A DNA stretch of 56,930 nt, the filler included, from Sluysia triapertura (taxonomy: Eukaryota): NCBI GenBank assembly GCA_046118255.1. It is 4 parts of 4 records of this genome, joined end to end, with 100 filler letters (N's around TTAATTAATTAA, not from the genome) between each part and the next. Parts side by side here need not be neighbours in the genome. Positions count along the whole stretch, not along the records: positions 34,024 to 44,992 come from JBJNIA010190731.1; positions 45,093 to 56,930 come from JBJNIA010165259.1; 2 more parts are not named here. One strand, 5' to 3'. Both the position numbers and the translations under genes were made by a program. The notes under the pieces were generated by a model, which worked only from the letters and a program-made list of their open reading frames with translations, had not been told where the DNA came from and did not search any database. Below are positions 40,801-54,579 of the stretch, in pieces (the stretch's first letter is position 1; each line of letters opens with the position of its first letter).

Positions 40801-41499
40801 GTACAAAATGGTAATAATTATATTTTTTCATTCGAAATTTTATTACTTAAATTATCTTTATGTTATAATTTTAGAATCATCTGTGAACATTTAAAACTGC
40901 ATACTCAGGAAACAAATGAAATTCCAAATTTAACTTTAGTTTACATAATAATATTGATAATAAATAGTTTTGATTTCATTCTTATTCTAAATTAACTTTT
41001 AATAGGAATAATATAAACTTACTCTTAAAGATATTTCATACTTTCAATTTTACTAATATCATTCAATTTTCTTTAACTAATTTTTGTACACGTAAATTAT
41101 TTTTGTTAATTACAAATTTCAATTTAGTTTAATAAAAGCAAAACACAAAATCATATTACCACACGACGATGTTTAAATATGAATTATTTTTGTAGATGTC
41201 AAGGATTAGGTCGAGTTATTCAAAATCCGTGCCGTAAATGTCGAGGTCGCGGTAGAATTCCTAGACGACGTCAAGTCAGAGTATCGATCCCGGCTGGTAT
41301 TGAAGATGGACAAAGTTTGCGAGTTGCATTAGGAGAATCTGGAACACAAGAATTATTTGTTATGGTTCGCGTGCAGAAAAGTCGAGAATATCATCGAGAA
41401 GGGTCTGATATACATTCAGATTTAGAAATACCATTCGAACAAGCAGCTTTGGGAGGAAAGGCGACTGTAACGACTATTTATGGTGATGTACTTATCAAT
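37814..41499 (+). CDS. DNAJA3: Mitochondrial DnaJ (Tid1); exons 37814-37865, 37898-38272, 38868-39108, 41196-41499; last exon(s) not found
   Basis: Presequence-like N-terminus, then FHLS...KDYYQTLG...[17 protein letters not shown]...EAYEVLSD (J domain), a G/F region, four CxxCxGxG-type repeats including GPFMMRSTC, and [11 protein letters not shown]...DIHSDL...AALGG. Splice phases are compatible. The start codon is tentative. Confidence 0.93.
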
Positions 41500-43817
41500 G
41501 TTAGTTGGCTAAAGTCAATTTTTATTTCCAAAATATTGAAATACCGCTTTTTATAATTCCACCTATTTCATGTCTGAATTCATAGATTAAAATAAATTGG
41601 CGTGCCTGTTGTGAACTTGTAGATTTATTTCGTTATTTGGATAGATCCTGTAGATTTTTTAAATTTTATATCTTTTCAAGTAAAATTAGAATGTAAATGA
41701 TACGAGATTCATTTGTAAACCTTAAAAAATTAGCGTACTTGAAATTATTTCTTACTCAGATTCAGTGTTTATTTCATTATTATAAAAATGCTGCAAATGC
41801 TTATGTTGGTATTGTAAAATATGTAAATATCAAAATGTAAGTTTTCGTACAATTAACATATAATCCCTTACGTTTATGTATAGATAAGTAACCATAAGGA
41901 ATTCATAAAAAACAGAAGAATTCCATAAAAATAGTAATTCGTTGTGTTAGATAATCGAAAGTATGTTTAACTTACAGTAGTGTTTTAGTTACTGTTTTTA
42001 AGTCATTAAACATGATACTTCAGATCAATTGTAAATTTATTTGTCCTTAAGTGAGGAGTTAGTATTTATTTTATTTGTTTTATTTATTTTATTAGTTCAC
42101 ATTTAAAAGTTCCGACAAATTCTCTGAAACTCTAAATAATTTTGTTTAAAAATGTATTCTTAAAATATGAAACCCTTATTGAAAATATTTTTCAAAGCTT
42201 TTTTATCGGTTAAGCATTAGTATTGATGTCGAAAATAAGTAAAAATGGATAAAGAAGAAATTCAATGTGCTGATGTTTTCTTACTCTGAACTTGCTAGCA
42301 AAATAAGTAAACTTACTGGTTTTGGCTGCAATTAATTACTTAAAACGAGAATGTAACTCATACTTAATGTATCTTCTAATACACCTTTTTATTTTTGATT
42401 ACACAAATAATGTCACAACTGCGTTATAATTGTAATTTCTAACTGATAATCCGTTTAAGTTAATGTCTTAAAACTCGAGATTTATTCTCAAGTGCGTCGA
42501 TAATTTCTTTAGTAATTTTTATTTCAAATTTACAAATTATTAGTTGTTAATAAAATAAAAAGTTTATACATTTATAATGATTAGAAGTCTGGTTTTAATT
42601 CTCGATTATTAAATTAGGTTTCAAGAGATTTTAGTTCTCAGTAAATCAGATAAAGGGTTTAAAAATGGATTTATACTTATTTATTGATGAAATAGTGTGA
42701 TTTGATCGAAAATGTTTATTGAAATTTCTTTTGAAATACGATAAAATTGAAATTATTTTGTCAGTGATTTTATAGAAATTTTCATACTCGAAGAATACTT
42801 TCATTAAAATTTTATTTATTTTAATAATATTCTATACAGAATTCACAATGACAACAAGCTAGGTGATAGGTTGTACATTGTTTATGTCTCAAAAATATAC
42901 AACCGTTACCAGAGAATGTCAAATTGCTGGAAGATTATGAAATATTTAAGATAAAAGCAAAGTTCTTTCTGTTTCAGAAATATTATGGTGAATGATTTAC
43001 CTTAAGCGCTTTTGAGTAATTTCTGAGTAGATATGAGCGCAATATAAATTAATATATTATTATTATTATTATCATTATTAAAATTATTTTTAAAAAATTA
43101 AATTTTAAATTTATTACTATTACGTCATTATATTTTCTAGACTGGTTGCGATACATTTTTATGACATCAGTGTCGATGATTGAATAATTTTTTAATGAAA
43201 ATTCTACACTTTGATTAATAAATCCTGTGCATAAAAATTAAAATAAAGAATATAATGATGATTCAAATTTAAAAGTTTAATATTTTTTAATTTTGATGAT
43301 TTTTAATTTCAAGTTTCCTAACAAATAATATTCAACTCTTATTTTCAAATAATATATAATACCGAGTAGTATTATTACATAATAATTAAAGTAAAAAAAT
43401 TCATTGACATTTTACGTAGAAAGAATTAAATTAATTATTCGGATTGACATGTGAAATTTATTGAGCTTTGCTTAATGATGTTTACTATCCGAGATAAACA
43501 ACATGTATTTCTTAAATTCTAAAAGTGATATTTATGATGTGTTTGAAAAATAGATTTTTTAATCACTGAAAAGTGTTATCGTTACAATATTTAAATTCGG
43601 GACGTTTGCATTCTTTTTGTATTACAGTATTTATGGTAGTATCTATTAGTACATAAAATAAAGGATTTTAAATTCATTTCATGCATGATAATAATGATAG
43701 GATTATCAATAGGATTAATACTTTTCTGAAAAATAAAATTTAAAACTATAAATATTTAAATTTGATTCAACATGAAACCAAATGTACAAATCAAGTAAAT
43801 AAATAAACAAAATATAT

Positions 43818-44177
43818 TTAAGGTTTAATATTTTCCACTTCCAAATTTACATTCAAATATTGCAACATTTTCTGAGTAGTTTCATCTATTTCGCACTTTG
43901 TGTCGAAACATGAATTTTGAGGTACATAATTATCCATTTTTTCTTTAATTTCGTCTTGTATTTTTAACGAAATACCTCTTACAGGACCACTTTGAATTCT
44001 TCTCATTAATTTTGTTGAGTACCCAGCAACTTGATTGCGTAGCTTTTTACTGTGTATTTCAGCCACACTACTCATGCGAGATTTGTTAGTCTGGAAATCT
44101 GTGGTCATTTGATCGTAGTGCTTTTCAATAATTGATCGTGCGGCTCGTTTAACGACTTTGTTTTTGACACGTCCCAT
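43818..44177 (-). CDS. RPS17: 40S ribosomal protein S17 (eS17), intronless and divergent
   Basis: MGRVKNKVVKRAARSIIEKHY...DFQTNK...SKKLRNQVAGY.T.LMRRIQSGPVRGISLK...DNYVP; intact 119-aa ORF. Confidence 0.95.
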   Translation of the reverse strand: MGRVKNKVVKRAARSIIEKHYDQMTTDFQTNKSRMSSVAEIHSKKLRNQVAGYSTKLMRRIQSGPVRGISLKIQDEIKEKMDNYVPQNSCFDTKCEIDETTQKMLQYLNVNLEVENIKP

Positions 44178-44992
44178 TTTTCTTTAGTAACTTTGGATTA
44201 TATTCATTATATTTAAACAAGAAAACAGAATTTTTCTAATATGAAAATTAATTTAATAAATTAAGAAGTTTGAAAAAAAATCTCTGAACAAAGAAAATTT
44301 AATTGAAAAAAATTGTTAATACCAATGAAAGCAAGAAATGAATTCAATTTAATATAGATGTTAATTAATTTTTCATTAATTTTTATTAGTGTTTGAATCT
44401 TTATTATAGCGTTCGTCTATGATTATTTGTATCACTTCAACTCATTCCTTATAATGTCTCGGCTTGATATTGATATTCTTTATATGATCTGAACAGAATA
44501 TTAAAATTTATTCGTCTCTTGTGTGCAAGATAAATGTTGATTTAAAACTCAAGCTCTCTTCTATATTTTAATAAATGAAACAAAGGTTTATTTATTACAA
44601 TACTGTAGGTAGAAAGATAAAATACCACATGTAATTTAGTTTTAACTCCATTCTTGAAAATTATTTTAATGATTTTAATTTTTATTTGAATATTATATTA
44701 TTCTATTAAATTTATAACAATAATATACTTTATGTCTAGTGTTTTATAAATTAATAAATATTATGCGATTTTAATGATTCCGGTTTCACTTCAATGGTTC
44801 TGTTAGAATTTAATAATTCTTGTATAAATAACCTATCCTTATGTAGTAGTTATTCAGTTAATTTATTCATTGTTATTCATCATGTTAATTAAATTTATAT
44901 TTACATTCAATCATTTAACATGTATTTGTCTTCACGTGTGGATTCACCTGTAGTTTATGTTTTATCTTCCTGGAAAAACGTATTTATTCACA

Positions 44993-45092
44993 NNNNNNNN
45001 NNNNNNNNNNNNNNNNNNNNNNNNNNNNNNNNNNNNTTAATTAATTAANNNNNNNNNNNNNNNNNNNNNNNNNNNNNNNNNNNNNNNNNNNN
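44993..45092. other. Artificial contig spacer N44-TTAATTAATTAA-N44
   Basis: Same as 21714-21813. Confidence 0.97.
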
Positions 45093-45949
45093 ATATGTAA
45101 GCAGACATTTATTATTTTTAAATTAAGAAAAATATAATTATTTGTGTAAATGAAGAATATAGAAGCTTAACTAGATTCAAGAAACATCTGACAATGAATC
45201 TACTGCATATAATTGGATTCTGGAATTTGAATGAACTTTCAAAAATGACAATGCAAATTGTTTTATATAAAAGAAAAAACATGTTTCAGTTTATAATACA
45301 ATGAGTGAGATTTTTCTGGAAAATACACTAAATGGAATTTTGTAAAGTTGGATATTTTTGAAAAGATTTCAGTGGAGATTCAGAAGACAATGCAAATCTT
45401 GATGCGTACGATTTATGAATTAAAAAAAATTTAAATCTATTCAAAATTTGGATTACAAAACTATAATACAATACTTTACATTTTTCATGGAGGAATTTTT
45501 AATTTCATTCATTTTTTCATTCGAGTTATTTTGTGGTTGACAAATATTGTACAATTATTTTTAGAAAACGTAAATATATACAAAGAAATGAAATTCTATT
45601 GTTTGTTATCGTGATTGTCGTGAAAGTTTAAAATATGATAGACGAATTCATCTTGTTTCTATCAATCAATCCGATTTGTAATTAGTTTTTACATCATGGA
45701 AGTTGATCCATGGAAATAAAATAGTCCATGATATATTTAAAGACATACCTAATAACTACATTTTAATTCAGTTAAATTATTTGCTGCGTAGTAAAACCAG
45801 TTATGAATTTGTCTAAGGAAAACTTCAATTTTTATGGTTTTTTCCACCGACAATAATTTTTTCGATTCGATTCTACGATAATTTTTCTACAGTTAATTTC
45901 TATTATACAGCCAATTTCTTTAAATATTTAAAATTATATGAAATGATTT

Positions 45950-46782
45950 TCGTGTGTATTATTGTGATAATAAAATCACGCCAAACTAAATATTAATTTT
46001 CTTCTACAGTTTTATTCTGGCCATCTACTCTATTAACTCTAGATCCATTTTCAGTTTTCAAAACCGAATTTTCCGGAATCAAATCAAGACTCTTGTTCAT
46101 CATAGTTTAATAATTTTTCGTCATTAAATCAGTTTAAACTGCACAATTTAAACTAATTAATGACTTCGTTTTCACGATTTATTATTCAATCCGTCACAAA
46201 GCACATGTAATGGGAGATATGAAGGAGCAGCACTATTAAAATTAAATTTATATACAATTTCCTCATAGTCGGAAGTCAATTTGCAAACATTATAAACATT
46301 GTCATTACACTTCGTTTAAAAAACAATTATTAAATTACCATCAGAATCAATATCAAAATCTTGAAATCTAGAAAAATCATAATTACGAGTTTTAATTAAA
46401 AATGTTTTGTTTATATCAAATTTCATTAATAAATATCTTTTATTTTTATTTAGTTGTAATGCTATTTTTATAATCAAGTTAACATAAGAAATTTCTGACA
46501 AATCTTGATGAATTTGTTGTTCCTGTTGATATTTCCAGTAATTTTTCATAATTTCGTTTACTGGTATACAAGTGGATTGTTGATTTAATGGAGGATAATT
46601 ACCCATAAAGTTTTTGATGTTTTTCTAGATCGATCACTTTGATGTTTATCGTAACTTGAACGAACTTTTGATATTGATACATTTACTCTACCATCCTTAA
46701 ATTCATCACCATGGATAGTTATCATTGTTGTATTTAAAGGTTCTTCGCTATCGTCTTGAAGTAGATTTGACTGGTATGACAT
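45950..46782 (-). pseudogene. Disrupted ORF, possibly NHL/beta-propeller-like
   Basis: Overlapping ORFs 46782-46585 and 46606-46316, with a broken continuation. FQDFDIDSDGNLIIV resembles one NHL blade; this is a single motif only. Confidence 0.3.
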
Positions 46783-47029
46783 ATTGTCTGATGTGTTCCA
46801 CCAGTTTCTAAAAGATGTGAGTAAAATAATGGTTCCATAATCAAATAGTACAAGTCACTAGGTAAAGTAGATGGTACAATTATGTATATTGGTGAATTAA
46901 GTGGACGAGATATTTGAAGAGATTTATAAAGTGTCGTAATCGGACCGATGCTGTATTATGTTGATTTGGTAATTCTCGAAAGTAACATGAATCACCAACA
47001 ACGGTGAAACAAAACGTGTAAATGCACAT

Positions 47030-47650
47030 AAATATATACAGATTCATACAAACAAAAAATAAATAAAAGGAAAGGTGATGTGTAAAAAGAAACAGAGATC
47101 GTAATGATAACAATGGTATAATTGTTACATTTTAATATGATGATGTTGATGATATTATGATGTTATTATAAAAGTTGTTATATGACAGGGTTGGCCAGAC
47201 TTTAACCCGTCAGGAGCCAAAATCATAAAAATCCAAAACTTCGGGAGCCGCAAACATGCCAAAGAAAATTTTTTGTTAAAATCAGCGTAGCAATTAAAAA
47301 ATTTTTTATCATTTTTTAATATATTATACACAAAATAAATAAAAATTGTTTAAATTTATTCAATATATTTTTTTATGATTCAAATTTGAAAAATTTTTAC
47401 GTGTATATTTTTATTAACGATAAAATTTCGGAATTTTTAAATCTTGGCGAGAGCCGCACTGAGAAGGTCATGATAATCATATTGTGTAACAATAATCATA
47501 ATAATTATTATATATTTTAATACGATTGTTTTTATAATAACTATAGTTCATGACAATTATGTACAATGACTAGGTTTGTTTCTTGAATGAGTCAAGTAGT
47601 TTATTTAGTGTTCTGTGTATGTAAGAAACGTTTTTATGTGAAGTTTCGAA
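47030..47650 (-). mobile_element. LTR-like copy F, interrupted by a hAT MITE
   Basis: TGAGTCAAGTAGTTTATTTA (47588) and AAAAGGAAAGG (~47065) match the family motifs on either side of the insertion. Confidence 0.55.
47186..47467 (+). mobile_element. hAT (Buster/Charlie-like) non-autonomous element; left end intact, right end lost
   Basis: Starts CAGGGTTGGCCA and has three internal GAGCC(G/A) motifs typical of Charlie-type subtermini. No matching right TIR. Confidence 0.6.
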
Positions 47651-49320
47651 ATTTTGATGCGATTTCCTACAGGCCAAATTACAATTTACTTTAAAATTAT
47701 TTATATAGCATTTAGTAATTATGCATTGGTTTGTGTTTGCTAGTCTTTGATTTTTCATTTCTATTTTAATAAATTCACAAGTATTTTCGTTCTTCTTGCC
47801 ATTCTGCCTGTTCTGTAAAGTTCTAATTAAGTATAGCCAATTCAGCTCCATGTTTCTTACATTCTACATTTGTTTTCTTTTGTTTACTTCAAATGTTTAC
47901 TAAGACATAAATTATCAGGATGTTTTTAAGATACAATTATTACGTGCGTTATAATGTTACTATTTAAAACAATAATTTAATAATAAATATAAAAGAAAAT
48001 AAAGAATTTTATAATCAAAAATAAAAACTAAAATATCTTATAAATCTGAGTAGCTTCAAAAGAAAAATTAAAAGATCTGAAACTAAGAAAGTACATTTAA
48101 TTTGAGAAGTAAACAATATAAAACTGAAAGAAACTTGGAGTAGTACTCACTGCACTTAATTAGCAAGAAGTACAGCTACGAATCAAACGGAAGCAGAAAT
48201 GAATTACTAACAATTTTCTAACCAATACAAATCAATATAAACAAACAAATAACCACGAAATGAATGTATAACAAATAATAAATTATAAAATTAGCAAACA
48301 AATATTACAGAATAAAATCAATAAATACATATGTGAAATTACAATACATTTATTAACAGAAATTGGTCATACAATTCAAATTAACTTTATAACAATTTAT
48401 TATACAATGTAACTGACGAATGTGTGGAGTTTTCTAGTCAAATTCATAACTTTAATCAACAAGATTTTAGTGACCCTTATAAATAGGATTGAAGATTATT
48501 GATTTGTTATTTTCTTTAGTAAATACGATACTTGAATATTTTAAACTCAAAAACAATCTGAAATATAAATTAAAAACTGAAATTAAATTCGAATTTCCTT
48601 TTTTACCTCTAAGTCTGGAAAATAAAAGACAAAACATCTTCGAAAATATCTCAATATGTAGCAAGAAACCAAGGCAACATAAGAAAAATATAGAATGTAG
48701 AGTATATAGATATGAACTCGACAGATTTAATTAGTGGGCAAAAACAATTAAGGATCAAACGGAAACTTCGAAACGACAAAAAGCAAAAATAATGAATAAT
48801 AACATATGCAAAATGTGTTAATAATTTTCGTTAGTAGAAAATTACTTTGTAATTTAATTTAATCGAATATATAAGATTTTATAGTGAAGAAATTATACAC
48901 CGTTTTTTGTTATTGCTTCGAGGAATTTTAGTTTGACTAATATTAATCAAACCTGTAATCAGAAAATAGGTATTATATGAAACTTTCTTACATTTACTTT
49001 GTGATATAAAGTTTTCATGATAGCTAAGTTGTTAATTGTGTATCTTCAGATAAATATATCAATTAATTTTCTCTGAAATATATACCATAAATGTGTTAAA
49101 TGTTTGATTTATTTTCAAGTATGATTTAAAACTTTACATTATTCCATCTTTAACTTCACAAATAAGTTCAATATTTTCTATCACTATATATAATTAATCG
49201 TAAACTCATTTCACAATAAAAAATTATAAAGCGAGACATGTTAGAAGCAATAAATAAAAGAGATTATATTTCAAATTTCACCTAACTTTAAATTAAAAAC
49301 AAAAATCATTAATCACAAAC

Positions 49321-49497
49321 TTCATTTAGCCAATTACATGCATCATCTACAGTCCATAAAGCAACAGGGTGTGATAAACTGTATGGTAGAGGTTCTTCAA
49401 GTATTGTTAATGCTTGTTGACAATATTCGGCAGCTTCTCGATAAATTCCTCGAGCTACTTTTTTCAGAATATCTACAGCCCCAATTTCATAGAAAAT
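49321..49497 (-). CDS. SARM1: SARM1 exon (end of ARM, start of SAM1); not in the ORF track
   Basis: tttag|IFYEIGAVDILKKVARGIYREAAEYCQQALTILEEPLPYSLSHPVALWTVDDACNWLNE|gt. 59 codons, phase 0/0, matching invertebrate SARM1 IF.EIGA...LKKVA...L..IGE.VP..LS..V.LW...DV..W. Confidence 0.93.
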
Positions 49498-50379
49498 CTA
49501 AAATGTAAAAAATATTAATCGATTTAACATTTTTTTCAAATAAATTAAAAATTCATTTTACGGTCAATTAGTATCCTCATAATATCTAATACATTATGAT
49601 AAATAATATAATTAAAGTTTGTTTAAATACATTATTTATTGATTACTACCTGTTGACATTTTTTATGCAATGTTGTATCTTATTTAATACCGAAGCATGA
49701 TAAAGTTTCAGTTTGGTGAAACGTAAACAAATTCTAATGATACAATAAAAGATTTATGCTGCAAATTAATATTGTCATATACTTATTATTTGCGGATCAA
49801 TGATTTTATTAGAATGAAAGTAGCCAGGTCCAGGTGAAATTGTAGAACGAAATACGTCAATTTGAATAAATGGATCAGAGACAGTTGTAATGAATGTAAG
49901 GACCTGCAACGAGTTAAAATACATTTTTGATCTAATCCGAATATTTATTAAACGTACCTTTTACATATCATTAAAAGACATTTATAAACACCAAAAAAAT
50001 TAAATAAAAAATGTTCACATTTTAAAAATTAGAAATTTCTCTGCAATTAATAGATAACAGAAAATGATTTAACAAATGTCAAACAATTATTAAAAAAAGA
50101 AAAGTACACAATTTTATAATAATCATAAAATCTGATAAACTTTTCCCAACTATATTCATAATTGGAATTGGAAAATGCATATTTCTCTAATAAGCCGTCA
50201 AACCAATCATAAGTTTAATGTGTATTATACTTCTTAATGTAATTATAAGTAAATTGAATCCAACTATTATTTAGAGTTTGTTTAAATAATAAATAGTTTT
50301 AAGAATCTAATTTTATTGTTGCAATAGAAAAAGATAGAAACCGATGAAATTTGATAGTAGCTCCAACATATTCCATAAG

Positions 50380-50700
50380 AAAGTAACTGAAGATATGTAT
50401 AAATATAAAAAAGAATAATATAATAGAAATATGACAGTTGTCCAAAGAATGGACGATGTCAGAAAAAGTTCATTCTAATTCATAATACCAAAATTAAAAC
50501 AAAATATAACTCAGATATGATATTAACTGCACATAAAAATAATGGAACACTTGTATACGTTGCACGATAATGTATCCATAAACATCGGGAGACATTGTGG
50601 ATTTATTCAGATTTTGCTCCAAGTGACTTCTATTTATTTTGACATGGAGAAACATCTTCAATATAAAGAAAAGTAAAGAATTTTGATTAATTCTAACATA
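50380..50700 (+). mobile_element. Heavily deleted mariner transposase relic in a SARM1 intron
   Basis: SKEW (~50440), LHDN (50560) and DFAPSDFYLF (50610-50639) occur in order, matching mariner LHDNA...YSPDLAPSDFYLF. Confidence 0.7.
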
Positions 50701-53181
50701 AATCGGTTTAACAAATGCAAAATTTTAAACAACAATTTTGATTTAGAAATCTTATAAGGTAAACAAAGTCATTGTTTATTTAGTTTTGATAACTGTCAAG
50801 TTTTTAATTGTGTGTCGTTAGATAAAGGTAACAGTTGACTTTCTCTGAATTATACCTATGAATCGTACATTGAAAAACTAAATTAGTTTCTATAAATAGT
50901 TTAAAATATATTTTATTTATAGATCTTAATTTATTTTTCTTGTCATATTGCAAACCTTTTTCATAATATATATAAAACCAATATAAATTTAGTGGTCCAA
51001 GTTTGTATTTTAAGGTTTCATTTTTATTTACTTTCTTTTAACAAATTATTTTGCTGATATTTCATTGGTATAAAATTGACGAATAAACGAATATTATTCG
51101 TGTAAAGAAAAATGAAGAAGTTTTACACAAATATTTACTTTGATTTCATAAAAATAAATAATTTATTGTTACTATGATACTTTTTCAAATACAACAATCA
51201 CAGCCATCAAACATAGATTAAATTTGACGAAAAAAATCACAGGAATAAAATCACAATGACATATTTCATATCTAATTTAAAAAAGCGGTATTGTTTTAAT
51301 TGTTTGAGGTTTTTCTTCATACAATTTTCACACTAATCCAAATTAAATAAGTTCGAATTGTTACTAAGCATTCTTCCAAATCAATATTGAACATAGAGTT
51401 TGGTAAGTTCGGATAAACATTGAAATATAATGCAGAATATTACAAATTCAAAATAAAAGATGGCCTTATAATCATATATGATATTGTTTTCTTATTGGGA
51501 CTTATTCATGTAACACATACACACACAAGCAATATCGAAATAATCCACCAATGATTCAGTTTTAAAAGTTTTCATTAAAAATAATTTGTTTTAGTATTCT
51601 AAAAAGAAAAATTATCTTGGGATTTCACTGGAAACAAAATATTTATGAATAATTATGAATAGTAAAACAAAATTTCTATTAAATTTTTTATTAACTAAGA
51701 TTTCGTTTTAATTAAATAAATTAAATAATGTAAAAAAAACTGTTTAACAAAATTGCTAATGAAATAGTATTGCATATTCTGGTGGTTAAATGCACCAGAA
51801 AGGTGAATTGTGGACGAGCTAATTTTATACAGTCACTATTTATTCTGTTCTTAGTCTCCCCATGAATAAGCTCGTTAGATTGCTGGATTTTTGACCATTA
51901 AATGAAACAAGGTCTGTTTGTGATCTGCCTATTGGATTTTTTTACCAATCTGTGAATATTACCACTATCAGTCCAATCTTAATTTATTCTTGATGAATCT
52001 TATGATCTCTTTCTGAACTACTTCATTATTAATTTTGTTATCTTCAGGATGACATTTTTTGTAGACGTTACTTAATTTAAATATTGTATTAATTTGATAT
52101 TTATAGATTTCACAGGTCAAATTAATGAATAGTAGTCATAGATTTCTTTTTTGTGTAAAATAACTTCAAATAAATATTATATTTTATTTTCAAAATGAAG
52201 TTTCACAAATTTAATTTGAACCACTTTGTTAAAGCCTTCTATTGCTAATGTTAGGTTGTGATCGTACAGTTCCTCTCAACATTAAAATAATGATAATAAC
52301 ATTCAATAATCAAATAGAGTAATCCGATATTATCAAAATAATGTCAATAATAAAAAAGTGATAATAGTAAATCAGTAATAATAATAATAATATTGAACGT
52401 AAAATAAATTTGAATGATTGGTTGTTATCCAATCAATTAAAAGCAAAACTAATATAAATACTAGTTTCATTATTGATTTCATCACAATTTAATTACTGAA
52501 TAGAACCAATAAGTAACTGCAACAGACAGTGCATTTTGCAATGACTAAGAACAATTTATTAACAATTTAATTTTCATAATATAGGGATAATTTTTATCTA
52601 ATCCAATAGGTTTTTATTTTTTTATTGGTTTATTAAATAAACCCTAACATAAAAATCTATTTATTTTCAATTCCAATTTAATAGAATCATTTTTAAATTT
52701 TGTTTATTTAAATTAAATTAGAAAAATTTTTTTCAAGACTTTTTAATGATATTATTCATTTATTTTGTTATACTACATTGAATATTGTAGAATATTAATT
52801 AATTGAGTTTGTATTGTACTTTATTTAATCATAAACTGTTCATGATTTGTTAATTAAGTATTGTACGTTAATCAAATATCACGAGCCGATTACAAAGTAC
52901 AAAAGCAGACTCATGGCTAAGTTTAAATTATTTAATTTAATTTAGACATAGTTACAGATGCGTCTACTTAACGTTATAAGTCGTGGATTATAGCCAAACG
53001 AATACGTAACTATTTTGCAATAAGTTCACAGAAAACTACACCAGATGTATTTCGTTTAAGTTTGAATATATAAATTGACCTCATCCGTTGGTTTTTGTTC
53101 AATATTTATAAAACTTACATATTTTAAGTTGATATAACTTTTCCAACATCTATAAAATATCGTCCAAATAATATAACTAAC

Positions 53182-53419
53182 ATTGGTTTTATTTTGTCTT
53201 TGTTTTATTCGAGCTTCCATGACAAAATGAAACGATGCCAGCGAAACTGCTTCTATAGAATCTGATTTTAAAATGCATAGTAAATTTTTCAACCATTTTT
53301 TAGATCGACCTTGCAAATGTGATGGTTCGATTTCTGCAAATTCGTATGGTGAATGTGATTTCAAAAATGCTAACACAAGTTCTATAGTACCAGATGAATA
53401 AACTACTTGAGCAAGTTCT
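53182..53419 (-). CDS. SARM1: SARM1 exon (ARM domain)
   Basis: tttag|ELAQVVYSSGTIELVLAFLKSHSPYEFA...HLQGRSKKWLKNL...EAVSLASFHFVMEARIKQRQNKTN|gt; splices in frame to 49497. Confidence 0.93.
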
Positions 53420-53833
53420 CTAAATTATAAATCATGAATGAAAATTTCGTATTCACAATAAGTGTCAAGGAAACTAAAAGAGTTGATATTGATTTGCAAT
53501 AAATTTTAATAGCACAAAAATAGGTGCATAAGTTTTATGTGTAGTGTTCAACTCATACATAAACTCCTAACACGGTCTATTACGAACATCCACCACATAT
53601 TACACCAACATACAATAATCTAAATAAAATATAATATTTCTTTTCGTAACCTAAATAATACATTTAATATACACTAATTTAAATAAATTATAATATAATA
53701 AAATTACAATAATTTATTACTATTACTTTGAGTCCGCTGTGATCACCTTTTCTGATTTCATTAACATTACCTAAATGTTTAGATTCTTCTTTTTGTTATT
53801 GTCATTGTTATTACCGTGCTCATATTATCATTA

Positions 53834-54579
<746 letters not shown>

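Noticed and set aside
49040-49075. KLIDIFI resembling the start of the SARM1 TIR domain
   Set aside because: Followed immediately by a stop, and the SAM exons that should precede it are absent.
52947-53014. Cloverleaf-like fold closed by ATAGTTAC/GTAACTAT
   Set aside because: Lacks TTCRA, the D-loop GG and a 7-nt anticodon loop.
53030-53097. Hammerhead-like CGGATGAG...CGAAATACA..TGTA on the minus strand
   Set aside because: Core has CGGA instead of CUGA, the A15.1-U16.1 pair is missing, and stems I and II are poor; at best a dead relic.
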